The translations under genes and the position numbers were made by a program. Positions 1-11,505 of a stretch of 46,357 nt of DNA are shown here, piece after piece. Location: contig RBNJ01000054.1 of the NCBI GenBank assembly GCA_003990765.1, positions 1 to 46,357 on the forward strand, in the 5' to 3' direction. Every line of letters starts with the position of its first letter. Within the stretch, counting starts at the first letter, position 1. This stretch comes from Jimgerdemannia flammicorona (Eukaryota). A model generated the notes under the pieces. It ran no database searches. It had not been told where the DNA came from and was given only the letters and a program-made list of their open reading frames with translations.

Positions 1-790
1 CCCCTGCCGAAGGACGACCCACCCACCCACCACCCTAATTCTCCCCTCACTCTTCTTGCAGATACATTCTACCATCGATCCCTTCCTTCCCCTTCATGAA
101 CTTGACTGTAGCCACCCCCTTCACCTCCTGTGCCACCAGCCCCAGGATCATCCTCGCAGTCACTGCCAAGCCTCGGAAACACAATGTGACCGCGAATTCC
201 GACCTCGACTTTTTGAGTAACGGTGCCGACACCATGCCCGTCACTCCATCAGCCAGGTCCCCGGGCCTCGTGCCCTCCTTCTGACCAGATCTGCCAACCA
301 CCGTCACATCTGGATTTTTTTTCCAGATTCCCCGTCACAGCCCCATCAGCAGTCACATCTCCAACCCCTACTCCCCCTCCCCCCATGCCGACTGAGGCTC
401 CCATGGGGGATCCTCCCTGCCCTCCTCCTGAACCTGGCATCGCCTTCCCCAGTCCCAACCAACCATCCAGCCCTGCGGCCATCTTCCCCATCCTGACCTT
501 GTCGGCAAAGGTTGCCCTCCCCCCACCTCTCTGCCTCAGTCCACCTCTCCCTCCACCTCCAGCGCCACTGTCCACCACAGATGGCCCCGGCATCCCCAAA
601 CCATCTCCTCATTTCCTCCCAACCTGCTGCCAGTCGAAGGCACGGCTGCCCCCCTGGCCGCCCTGCCCACCAGTTTGCTTGTTGCTCGCCATGTTGATAG
701 TAGCTTTTCATCAAAAACTTCGCAGAAAGTGTTGTCCAAATCTTGTGTCACCTGAATGTTACCGGTGAAAGGTGTTCGGTAGTATATAGT
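1..790 (-). mobile_element. 5' end (5' UTR + ORF1 N-terminus) of an L1/Tx1-like LINE, running off the window's left edge
   Basis: The minus-strand frame from ATG 692 reads MASNKQTGGQGGQGGSRAFDWQQVGRK*GDGLGMPG...RATFADKVR...VTADGAVTGNLEK, matching 43342-43677 (RASFTDKVK...VTADGSMMGNLEK). ORF 47..307 (EFAVTLCFRGLAVTARMILGLVAQEVKG) matches 40714..40905 (EFQITLYFQSLRVMAKLVLGLLAQEIKG), which lies upstream of endonuclease/RT domains. The 5' UTR 'taacattcaggtgacacaa' matches 43204 'taacattcagattacacaa'. It has one in-frame stop and a frameshift near the T run at 315-322. Confidence 0.8.
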
Positions 791-1690
791 GAGTCTATAA
801 AAATACTAGGCAACTTACTCAAGATTTTAAATATTATAACCATATCTACTATTAATTAATTATATATTATTAAGAATTTAAAACTCTAACTTAATCTTAA
901 TTTCTCAATATCTTAAATAAATTTTAATATATCAATTATTTGTAATAATCAATAAAATTAATGAGTATATTATTTATTAATATTTTTGCTATTATAATTA
1001 TATTATATTTAAATTCCTATTTATAAGCTATTACTTTCAAATTTAAATATTACTCAATATATATTATAAATATCTAAATTGTCTTATTAAATTAATATTA
1101 TTAGTTAAAAATATTTCATTATAATATATATAAAGTTTTTTTTATAAATTACTTTATTTTATAATATAATTTACTATAATGATTATATTTAATAATAAAA
1201 TAATATTTTATATAATATTAAAATAATTTATTAAAAATCTAAAAAAACTTAATATTAAATAACTAGAATTCTAATTTATTAAATTTTCTAATATAAATCT
1301 AATTAAATGTATTTAAATTTATCTTAGATATATTATTTATTATTAAATAATTTGAATACATATTTTATAAAATAAAATTTTCAATAACTTATTAAGAGTT
1401 TATTATATTATATAAGTTTTAATAGATATTAATAATTAATCTACTTGATATTAAATAGTTATTATTATATCTTTTGTAATTAATCTATTTAATATTAAAA
1501 TAGTTTTTATTTTATTTTTATAAAATTATTATTAAGTTTAATTAATGATATAAAAATAAGTTTATACTTAATAATATTAACTAAATTTAATATACTAAAT
1601 TTTGCATCAGTATAGTATTATTAGTTATTTATATAATTTTAAATAATATTAATTAATTTATAATTTCTTATATATATCAAAATTCTTTTC
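791..1690. other. extremely AT-rich, TpA-rich tract; probably a hypermutated transposon relic
   Basis: Almost no C/G, no CpG seen and no ORFs. Composition resembles the most eroded TE stretches at 23.5-25.7 kb and 38.1-38.4 kb. The parent element is not recognisable. Confidence 0.5.
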
Positions 1691-1734
1691 CTTTTCTATC
1701 ACAGTTCCAAACTCCAAATCACCCCCCTCTCTTC

Positions 1735-2817
1735 TTTATAGTGGCCAGTATATCCAGCCAGCACAGGAGGAGACTAGTGCTATCAGTGGGTGGGCAAGTA
1801 AAGTTTGGAGGATTTGTCTAGCAATTTGTGGCTTATGTTGTGTATACGTCATCAAATTACGTCACTGGAAATCAAGTATACTACAAACATTACAATAGGA
1901 CACAGTACTGATCGGCATTCTCTCCATGGAACCTCCTACTCCCCGTGCATCCTTTTTCTCTCCTCAGGCCCTCCTTCTTTTCATCCTCCTCCTCCTCCTC
2001 TCCCTCCCCCTGCACCCTATTGAAAGGAGGCACGCTGGGCGAAGAAATAGTCTCGCCGTAGACGGGCATGGTCGAGGGAAGAGTTTCGTATCCACTGACT
2101 ATAATTGTTGGTTATTTTCGATCTGTAATGCTTCAAAAATTGGTGATTTTTGTAGCAATTTTAGATCTTTATATATAATTAGCTGATGGAAGGCCTTAAA
2201 TATCAGTCGGATAGACTCGCAGGAGTGTCAGCTCTGACCTCATATTTTACCACTATATTTTCGAATCCTAATATCGGTATATTAAGAGGTAGAATGTGTT
2301 AATTGGTGTTCTGAGCAAGGTTTGTTTTCTTTAGTTAGAATAAAAAATAATGCTGTGTTTGTCGATATTGGCCCTGGTGTGTCGTGAAAATGATTGGTCA
2401 GAGTGATCAGGTGTCAATGATGCTGGATATTATTTGGGTCAACTGAAGGCACTGAACTTGGTAAGTGCCAATGCTTATTTGTTGCATCGACATTTCGGGA
2501 TACCCGTAATTTTGTGGAAGTTAAATATTTTTTGATATTTTAAAAAACAACTTTATTTTGAGTTTCTGGTATCGTGTTGATGTATGTATCATAAGAAATA
2601 TAAGAAATACACAGTACGAGAGAAGCCAGAAAGCTGAGGTTTCCAAACCTAAAGCAGAATCAGAAACAACGAAAGCAGCTTGTGATTGAGGCCCCTCACG
2701 CAAGTTCAGTAGAACAACCCCGAGAAAAGTGGAGATGACACCAGCAACTGCATGAATAAAAATACAAAATAACCCGATCAAGTAAAATCCCGAAAGTTCA
2801 AAGTCATACGTACACCT

Positions 2818-2863
<46 letters not shown>

Positions 2864-2893
2864 ACAAAAAAAAAAAAAAAAAAAAAAAAAAAA

Positions 2894-2937
<44 letters not shown>

Positions 2938-3060
2938 CTGAAATACACATGCAATAGAAAGGTGGAGAAAATAATACAAGGCTCTAGATGGGGTAACCAA
3001 TAGTATGGATCTGCCGACTTTTTTTTGTGGGGGGGAGGGGGGGAGGGGGGGGGAAGGAGT
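1735..3060 (+). repeat. segmental duplicate (direct orientation) of 18150-18260 plus 19050-20090
   Basis: Colinear matches, e.g. 'tctccatggaacctcctactccccgtgcatccttt' (1921) vs 19071, 'ggaaggccttaaatatcagtcgg' (2188) vs 19347, and 'aaaatcccgaaagttcaaagtcatacgta' (2784) vs 19935. Confidence 0.9.
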
Positions 3061-3455
3061 GTCCGGATCCGGCAAGGCGATGTGTTCGAAATAATACCGG
3101 AATCATTACTCTACGAATATTTCTCGGACGAACCGTTTATTGCCAAGCACAAGGACGCCATTCGTAAGTGATGATGGTCCTTTCGTCCAATCGCACACAC
3201 TCATCTCGGAGGCCTTAGCCGCAGACGGTGTCTGCTTTCGCGAGGACATGCACTCTGTGGCACAAGTTATGCCTGTGTCCAGAAACATTGCACCAATATT
3301 TATTTAAGTATATTTTGAACAGTTTTGTTATTGATAAATTTTGCCTCAAGTAGGCAATTTCACGCCACTGGTTCATGTGAAACGAAAACTCATTGCCTAT
3401 CAAATATGAAAAGGGAATGTGTCACGCAAAAGACATGTGTCCAAATCAAGAACGT

Positions 3456-4680
3456 TCACGCGGAATGCATGTGATGGTTAGTGGTAACCAAGGGTCCAAT
3501 GGACTGCTTCTGGCCTCTCCGGCCCGGCATTGCCATTCCGGATTCACGTATACTAGTCAACATTTTCTGGCCTCTCCGGCTCTCTGGCTCGGCATCGTAT
3601 AGGTCTTGTTCCATAGTCAAATGCCTTGAGGTACCGAACTTGCATGCATGGGACGGTGTGACAATCTCCAGGTGAAATTTAGAGATGAACGCGCGCAGGG
3701 CGTTTGTGGCTTCGATTTCTTCAAACAATTCCTTGTACTTGAAATTTTCTAAGTGGAAATTTTCTAAGCGGAAATTGAAGGTCTATTTGTTGCCGCTAAT
3801 CTCCCCTGCTAGCGCCAGGTAACAATTCAGCACCAAGTGCACTTTTCAGTGGCTGCCGTTGAAGCGAAGGGGGCACGCAATCGTAGAAAGTCCCTAGCCA
3901 TAGCCTGCATAAGATACGAGAGGTGGAAAAACTGAGGCACTTTGTAAATTTGTTTTCCTCAAGATGGTGAGACTTATTTTTTCATCTGCGTGGAAACTAT
4001 TGATGAAGACAACATAATCGCCCATCTGTAGCCCCATTGTGAGGGCTATCGGACCTGGCATGGTGTCCCTGTGTGTATGTGAATGAATATATTTGAAGAC
4101 AGAGATCGGTATTTGTATATATATATGTATATCATGAACATTGTGGGGTAGGGGACTTACTAGTCTCTCTCATCTACCAGTTCCTCATGCAACTAAGACA
4201 ATGGAAGCAAATGGTCAGTTGGGGTCAGCAATTTATCTTGCGAACGCTATGGGCTGCTCATACCTTGAGAAGGATACAGAAAGGATTGGAAGGGCGCTCT
4301 TTTCTTGCACCGCTCTGGTTGCCGCTTGGACTAATTTGGGAGTTTCGTCGGTGCCATCATCAACAATGATGAGGCACTTCAATGACAAAAGACACAAACC
4401 CCATGAGTGTTCTGTATGCTTGATGTGTCCGCTGTTTCCAAAGGACGACGGTAGAAATACGCACGGCACTCGCAAAACCGGGCGCGTCGGCGAAACCCAG
4501 ACGCTGGACCTCCTCTTGGAACGTAGGTGTTCCAGAATATGTATTTCTTGGAGCAATAATAGATGCCTTCTTATCGGAAAGTTCCTCGTAGTAATTCCTG
4601 TTGGACGATTGTATAGCTGTAGCAGGCGGAAAACCACTGGTATCGAGGCGTTTTGATGTTGATTCGCCATCTTTCTTCAT
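3456..4680 (-). pseudogene. pseudogenised paralog of the orphan gene at 20393-21295
   Basis: MKKDGESTSKRLDT...EELSDK...EEVQR aligns with MSQEQEKKDGEPSSSRLDT...EELSDK...EKVQR. Later exons DTMPGPIALTMGLQMGDYVVFINS and GTFYD...RFNGSH*KVH...EISGNK*TFNF...LFEEIEAT also align. Two Trp codons are now TGA/TAG, one donor is GTAAG>ATAAG, and there is a 1-nt insertion near 3870. Confidence 0.8.
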
Positions 4681-4810
4681 GTCGGCCCCTGTGTAGTTTT
4701 TCGCTTATATTTGAGGAGCCGTTAAAGGGTCAATGTACAATTAAAAGATGACTTTTGACTCACTTGAAATTGAAGGCTTTTTAGTTTTTATTTTTTTATT
4801 CTATTTTTTA

Positions 4811-5356
4811 TATTTTATATTTTGGTTCATTGCCATTAGTGCAAGATCAGTTCAAGCACACATGTATGACGACCAAACTTAAATCGCTGCGTGTAGTTCA
4901 TTGGTAACCGCCGCACTTCGTCATCTCATCTAATTGGTAATTTACATCGACGTTGCCATTAGTGCTAGATCATACTCAAATCGCTGCATGACGTTCACTG
5001 GTACCGCACTTCGTTATTTCATCTAATTCGTAATTGACGTCGACGTTGCTATTATTTTATTTTTTTATTATATATTTTGGTTCATTACCATTAGTACAAG
5101 ATCAGTTCAAACACACATGTATCACGACCAAACTCAAATCGCTGCGTGACGTTAACTGGTAACCGCCGCACTTCGTCATCTGTAATTGGCATCGGCGTTG
5201 CCGATAATTTATTTTTTATTATATATTTTGGTTCATTGCCATTAGTGCAAGATCAGTTCCGACACATGTATATATATACGACGACCAAATCGCTGCGTGA
5301 CAGTCACTGGGTAACCGTCGCACTTCATCATCTCATCTAATTGGTAATTGATGTCA
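4811..5356. repeat. four diverged tandem units of about 95-170 bp
   Basis: Core 'ccattagtgcaagatcagttc...aaatcgctgcgtgacgttcactggtaaccgccgcacttcgtcatctcatctaattggtaatt' recurs starting near 4811, 4956, 5066 and 5219. Confidence 0.9.
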
Positions 5357-5604
5357 AACCCGCAGATTCATGGCTTTACACGTAATTCAAACAATTGTCA
5401 AGATTTTCTTTGAAGGGTCTTGGCAATGGAATCAGCCGGGTAGAATGTAACGAGTCAGAGTTAACATTCCTGCGAGTCTACTCGACCGATATTTTATGCA
5501 CTAGGTTATTGTTTCATCGTATGAGCTGCGCGTCGCACCTAAAACTACAATTCAAAAATGACTAACAATTGACAATTAAGGCAGATCCGATCGGGATCCA
5601 GAAC

Positions 5605-5860
5605 TCTGCCCCTACGGCGAGACCATTTCCTCACCTTGCGAGAGGACGTACGGAGGAGGAGGAGGAGGAGGAGGAGGAATAGGAGGATACGGCGATGTTG
5701 CTGGCCGAGGGGGAAGCAGGGCCTGAGCAGGAAGGGACATGCGGAGAGTAGGAGAGAACGATGATCAGTGCTGGGAGTTGGCATTCGAGGGCGGAGAGTG
5801 CTGCTCATTCAAGTTCGGGTTTCTGTGGCACGATCGACGAAAGACTGAGCGCGATTGGCT
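5605..5860 (+). repeat. inverted third copy of the short acidic-ORF segment ('B') found at 1900-2075 and 18960-19225
   Basis: 'cctacggcgagaccatttcctcacc'-(GAG)n-'gggcctgagcag...ggagagaacgatgatcagtgct...ttcaagttcgggtttctgtggca' matches the reverse complement of 19005-19210. No intact frame here. Confidence 0.7.
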
Positions 5861-6056
5861 TTAGTTTTGAGGTAATTTTTTATGGCATTACTATTGTGCA
5901 TAAACTCATTGGTTCCTCTCGATCCGACACAAATCACAATGTTCCAATTAAAAGATAGTACATCCCTAATACTCCTACATTTTTTATTTCCGGAACCACC
6001 TGTCTCCCATTCCTATCATAACCACCCATTGTCTGTATGAGATATAAATCAACTGG

Positions 6057-6087
<31 letters not shown>

Positions 6088-6406
6088 TATTTTTCAATAG
6101 CAGTATATCTAAAGCACAATACAATCCATCGCGATCATCCACACCCCTGCTACCCGCAGGACACTACAATGCCCGAAATAAAAACACACACGCGAATCCA
6201 TCAGTATTTCGTGAAAAACACGAATAACCTTCGTCTCTTTTTCTATCCATACCCCGTGTGAGTGGCACAATGTGGTCACCAATACAGTTAAATACAAATG
6301 TAAGGAGAGGGCATATGCACTGGAGAATGGAAGAAATTTTCATGAGGGAGAGGGTTCGAAAGTAAAATACAAAACGTCCTTCGTTCCCCCCTGGATTTTG
6401 GGTTGG

Positions 6407-7523
6407 TTATTTTGAGGCGATCCGTGCCATGTGGGACCGAGAGTCCATTCGGACGATGTGGGTCTGTGCAATGGGAATGAAAATTAAATCGCTAACGGAA
6501 TAAATAAAGAAACCAATGCTCATGCAACTCCCAATCAATAAAACGACCATCCTCCCTGGCGGGATCTCATCGGTGTCCCTTATCTCCACCGACCTACCGA
6601 TGCCAGCGCAAACCACTCCTGCAACATGGAGGTCTCGACCATGACGAGGATGGTGGACTTTCGCCACCTGCGCCATGCTGTGGCGGTCGCACTTTAGCGC
6701 GAACATCGCGAGTCAACAGCCAGCTGCGGAGATTAACGAGATGCAAAGGGTTTGTTCATGGTAATCGTAGAGGCAGAGCATGAATGTTTGGAAGGGCAGG
6801 TCCATAGGGTCGCGCTGGGAGCAAAGTATCAGCGATTCGGAGAAGTAGAAGTCCTGGAGAAGTCGGGATGTATGCGTGAGAATCATGACAAAACAAATTA
6901 AAAAATCATATGATGGACCAAAATCGTAGCAACTCACCCAGTTCACGAAGTTGGCAAGCACGAGTGCGATGGCACGCCACCGGATAAGAACCCCAGCGAC
7001 AAAGCGGCATTGCAGCATTGCTGTCGCATCGCGGAATTTCGACCACGACATAGTAATCGATGCCGGTGCCGACGTGTTCGACGAAGACGCTTGTGCTCGG
7101 GGGGGATTAAAGGCTGCGAAATCATCCATTTGCCGAAGGGTCGCTCTGATTGTCGCCTGGTACGTAGAGTGAGCAAAGGGGGTTAGCGTGCTGATGCTAT
7201 GATCCTGACCCTAGCCGAAACTCCATCCGCGCGCGTTTGAAACACACCCCGACCCACCTACACTCCCACCCGCAACCTACATCTGAAGATGTGACTGAAG
7301 GTCCAGTAGCCACAGCACGACAGAGGGTGTGACAAGGACAGCGGCCTGATAGAAGACGTATTGGATAGAGATTTCCGGGCTAATATAGCAGTAGTTGGAC
7401 TAGGCATGGCGGATCTCGCCCGTGGCGAGTGGGTCGAGCATGAACCAGAGTGGGATCAGCCAGACTAAAAAGGGAGACTTTGATATCGTGGCACTCGAGG
7501 AGGTTGGAAGGGCGGACGGTTTG
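6407..7523 (-). pseudogene. disrupted multi-exon gene resembling the TM4-TM7 half of a fungal 7TM receptor (GprM-like GPCR)
   Basis: Putative exons 7523-7281, 7156-6938, 6853-6598 and 6463-6407 have GT-AG ends and a GCTAAC branch point near 7185. Pieces read QTVRPSNLL.../LVWLIPLWFML..LATGEIRHA*SNYCYISPEISIQYVFYQAAVLVTPSVVLWLL, IRWRAIALVLANFVNWDFYFSE, CLYDYHEQTLCISL and ETSMLQEW, with frameshifts and stops. The family call is from remembered motif order, not a search. Confidence 0.55.
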
Positions 7524-8278
7524 CTATAGGAGGGGTTAAATTTTTTTTTTTTTTAGTGGTTGCTTTTGCGAACAGAGTACGGCGAATGACACGGACGAGG
7601 GTGTAAAAGATTATATCGCAAGCGGGGAGCACGAATCGATCTAGAATGCGAGTATGAATCGATCAACGTCCTGTGCCGAAAGTGAATAATAAAAGACAGA
7701 CCTTGAACCGTCGTCATGCACAGTCTCGTTCACGCCCTCGTTCGCACATATTCCCTACTCGAAATGTCGCTCGGTCGCCGTCGGTTTCGAGTAGAGTTTC
7801 ACTCCGCATATGTTGACCCAGAACGCGTCGGCCCGAGTTTGGGCATTGGTTGAGTTGACTTGCTTTTGAGTTAATAAAAGAGGAAGAATAAATACGTCAG
7901 TCAAATACTATGCGTCGAGGGCTGCTAATCGTACGTCTTGCACAACGGAACTCGTCGCCAACAACTACGATGCTTAGGATTAAACGAGTGAAGTATTGGT
8001 AGGCATCACAGCATACCGTTTGGCTGATCCGTATTTTGGTGTTGCAGGTCGTTGACAAGGAGTTGGTGGCAGGAAAACAGGAAGGTTGGGGACAGCTGAA
8101 TGTTTTGTAAAATTTCGTGGGGAAGCCCAACAAGCGAGGTAGCTGGGAACGAGAGTCAGAGAAATTATTCCAAAGAATGAGGTTGGGAAAGGTGGGAGTT
8201 CGTGGCAAGAGAGTTCGAAGGGGAGAAGAGTTCGAAGGAGGAAAGGGGGAAGAGGGTTTATTCGTGTAGGTGTGGCGT

Positions 8279-9133
8279 TTAGCAGTCAAAACTGGGACTG
8301 TATTTCTTGATGCTGTCATGTGATATTCGCTCAGAGTTCCACTCCCCTATCGCCAGGGCCATGATTTCCAAAGCCGTCTCCAGTACCCCTCCATCATCCA
8401 CCAACCTTTTGACCCCCTGCGTCATATCCTTCAGCACAACACTCAGGCGCTCAACCTCCGAGGCCGTCAAACTCTTCCCACTGGGATCGCAATACTCGTT
8501 CAAAGAAACAAAATACGTTCTCATATATCCAGTCCATTGAGAACAGGCTTGCTATCCATGAGGTACTTGGACAGCTTTGCAATCAAAGCGTGGTCGCCAT
8601 CGTAATAGGGGAAAAGGAGTCCGACTTGGCAAGGAGGCCATGGTGGCAACAACGGTGCTGATGGTTTGGACATCGAGGATCAGGGTCTGGGTGTTCTCGA
8701 CGACCTTGCCGATGGACTTGGCAGCGCCACAGATGGGGTTGAGGATGTCGGCCATCTCCGGGTACTTTGTGGCGAAGGATGGCAATGTCGGTCACGTCAC
8801 GGCGAGGTGCCTCGCCATGGTGACAAAGTTGATAAGCTGGGGGATGGCGAAAGAGAAGACGTCCTTGACAGGAGGTAATGGAACGCGTTGGTTGTGAGCA
8901 TGCAGCCAGAAAAGGCCGCACAGCCTTTGGCGACTGTGTGGGGTGCACAACCAGTAGTGTAGAAGCCGGTCGAAGTTTTTTTGGAGAGTATGGAGGTGTT
9001 CGGTTGTCGTCATGAAGAGGGACGAGGCGAATTCGCCGATGGGGAAGGTGTGATAGGTGTGGTCATAGGAAGTGTCGTTGAGGACAACAGAGGCAGAAGT
9101 ACAGAGCGCGAGGATGGGGAGAATAAACTTCAT
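8279..9133 (-). pseudogene. intronless secreted-protein-like gene broken by two in-frame stops
   Basis: ORFs 8792..9133, 8552..8785 and 8279..8524 share one frame, separated only by TGA (8792-8794) and TAG (8552-8554). The N-terminus MKFILPILALCTSAS looks like a signal peptide. Confidence 0.6.
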
Positions 9134-9421
9134 TATATGGATGTGTTAACTTTCCAGATAGGTGGGGTTATCTTGTAATTATATATCAAAATTCACTTCG
9201 CCTTTTGGATAGTATGATCGCTCGCGTCCAAGGTGGACTGCCTTGGAGCGTTCGCCTCACCCGCCATGAAGTGTATTTCTGAGCCCAGCTCGGACTCTTC
9301 TCTAATACAATCACTGTAGATTTGGTACTATCACCCCATCCTTTGCTCGTCGCATGAGTTGAAGATCTTCCTCGGTATTAAACTTGTCTTCTACATGTAG
9401 ACCATAATTTTTCCGGGAGGA

Positions 9422-9627
9422 AGGGAAAGTACTGAAAAGGAGGGTAGGGTAGGGATATATATGTGCATCATTTAACCTGCAATGATAATTCGTACTACGA
9501 CCTCGCTTTGTGAGGAGCTAATGGGGAAGGTGCTGAAAAGGGGGTAGGGTAGGATATACATATGTGTATCACGTAACCTGCAAAAATAATTCTAACTGCG
9601 ACCTCACTTTGTGAGGAGGCTGATGGG
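9422..9627. repeat. tandem duplication of about 105 bp
   Basis: 'ctgaaaagg...ggtagggtagg...atatgtg.atca..taacctgcaa..ataattc..act.cgacctc.ctttgtgagga.gct.atggg' occurs twice in succession. Confidence 0.85.
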
Positions 9628-10248
9628 CAATGTCAGCCATATATTTGTGTTTATGTATTTTAGTTCACTGATGCCTTCGACTATGGCATTGCCTCCTCGC
9701 ATGTCCAACATTCTTTATGCGTCTTGGGAAGCAATGCGTAAATGTCTCTCACACCCATGGCATATAAGTGAAGATGGTCTCAGATATAACAAATATCATT
9801 GCAATCGAAGAATTATTCAAACATAAGTATTACAGAGATGGAAATGAGAAGAACATGAGAAAAAATAAAAATATGACAGAGGATATGGAATTGACGGAGA
9901 AATGGAAAGAAAGAAATTATGAAAGCCCAACAGAATTCAGAAAACAAATAACACAATAGAATTTGCAAAGGGAATTCACGCAACAATATACTCATGGTTC
10001 GTGTGTTCGATCTGATCTATTAGCTCCTGTACCTTCGGCTATGATATTCCCATAGAAAATGAAGGTACTCATTGTTTATTCTTTCAAAGCCAATAAAGCC
10101 GTTACCAATGAAAATGGACAGTTGGCGACAAATCGTGTCTATGTCATGCATAACCAAAAGAAAAATTTGTACCACGCAGTTTCAGCCCTCCCAAAAACTG
10201 CCTCCTAGACAGCACCCGAAGCTCCTACCAATATCTCCTTCGTCAACG

Positions 10249-11112
10249 TCAACCAGTATTTATGACAGACTCTCTGGTCGTAAGAGATTGGGATGGATAT
10301 AGGAAGTATTGGAAAGGAGAGGAAGTCTTTGGAGGGAGAGGTAGTCTGGAAGGGAAAGGTAGTCTTGGGATGGAGAGGTAATCTTGAGAGGGAGAAGAAG
10401 TTTTGGGATAGAGGAGGTCTTGGGGGGGCGAGGAGATCTTGGTATAACTGATGAAACTAACGTAATTTAGCGCCACCCTGGATGTAGAACAAAAGGAGGG
10501 AGAGAAGAAATTATAACAACACGAAAGAAATCAGAAACGAATAAAACGACAGAATATACACAATTCACTTGGGTTCGATGCAGGGGGATTTCCGTCCATT
10601 AAATCCTTTACAATATATGCAAACCTGGGGTCACCAAAAGCGTAAAATACGGGGTTAATGTTATGGTAAGCCTCACTCTACGTCATCGATTAAAGATGAC
10701 GAACCGTGACTTCGTCGCTCGCCCAGCTTGGAGGCTCCTGAGAGATGTTGTCCTGGCCCATGTCGGATACTCCGGACAACATTTGATTGACCTCTGGGAT
10801 ACCTGCGCGAGGGCTTCAATAATATCCACCTCCAACATGAACCCAGGGCATCGTTCCACCCACGGGGGTCGGGCATCGGTTGATTAACCTCGAAGTCGAG
10901 CCTCGGAAGACATAGAGTAGGTGCATAATGATCTGAGACTGGACATGCTTCCCCAATTGCTTTCCCTTATTCACATACATGAACCTGTGAGATATTGTAG
11001 AATTATCCTCGAAGCAACCTGGGGGACTCGGAGGATTAATGTCTGGGTTGGGCTTCGCTTCCAGGGCGGGCCTCGGTATGGGGGCGAGTGGAGTGTCGTT
11101 GTTGTCGGGCAT
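10249..11112 (-). pseudogene. possible decayed gene of unknown function
   Basis: GC/CpG-rich coding-like segments with a pyrimidine-rich acceptor near 10477. One frame reads LILRVPQVASRIILQYL, weakly F-box-like. No continuous frame could be built. Confidence 0.25.
10310..10442. repeat. degenerate purine-rich minisatellite, about 17-20 bp unit
   Basis: About seven units like 'ggagggagaggtagtctt'. Confidence 0.7.
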
Positions 11113-11505
11113 CTTTGGGGACGGACAGAAGCCTTGGGGGTTGGGAACGAGGATATCGGGGTAGAGGACCGGGGAGGGGAAGTCTAAGGACAGAAAGGCT
11201 GAGGGCGAGGACGCCGGATTAACGTGCTATTGGATTTGTAGTCTTAACGGATTTAATGTCGGACGTCAGTATGGTGATTAACGAGTTGGTTCGGTTTGTT
11301 TTTTTTGCATCTTTGCGTGCGTGTAGATAGAATGTATTGTGAGGGAGATGAAGTAAGAGGAAAACTGGGAATAAAAGAAAAGCTAGGGGGCGGTTTTGTA
11401 ATTGACGTAATTGACACAAGTAATCAATCAGACCCGAGAGCAATGATAGGTAAAAATTGAACAAAGCTATTTTGCAAGGATCTATGCATATTGTGATGTT
11501 TTCCG

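Noticed and set aside
2612-2627. AGTACGAGAGAAGCC resembling the rRNA sarcin-ricin loop (also near 19781)
   Set aside because: Short imperfect match with no flanking rRNA sequence.
2521-3075. 184-aa poly-Phe ORF and 116-nt A tract as a gene or retro-insertion tail
   Set aside because: The ORF is an artefact of the A run. The paralogous site near 19975 has only 'caaaaataaat' with colinear flanks and no clear TSD, so this is slippage expansion or a homopolymer error.
4233-4670. Alternative frame MANQHQ... / MANRHQ... (20367..20606) as the true coding frame of gene A
   Set aside because: The conserved ATG context and a 15-nt in-frame indel support the KKDG frame, which also splices to the downstream exons.
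4811-5356. CRISPR-like array
   Set aside because: Units are long diverged tandem copies without unique spacers, the context is eukaryotic, and there are no cas genes.
9611-10250. Possible gene or viral fragment
   Set aside because: Short frames with many stops and no recognisable motif.
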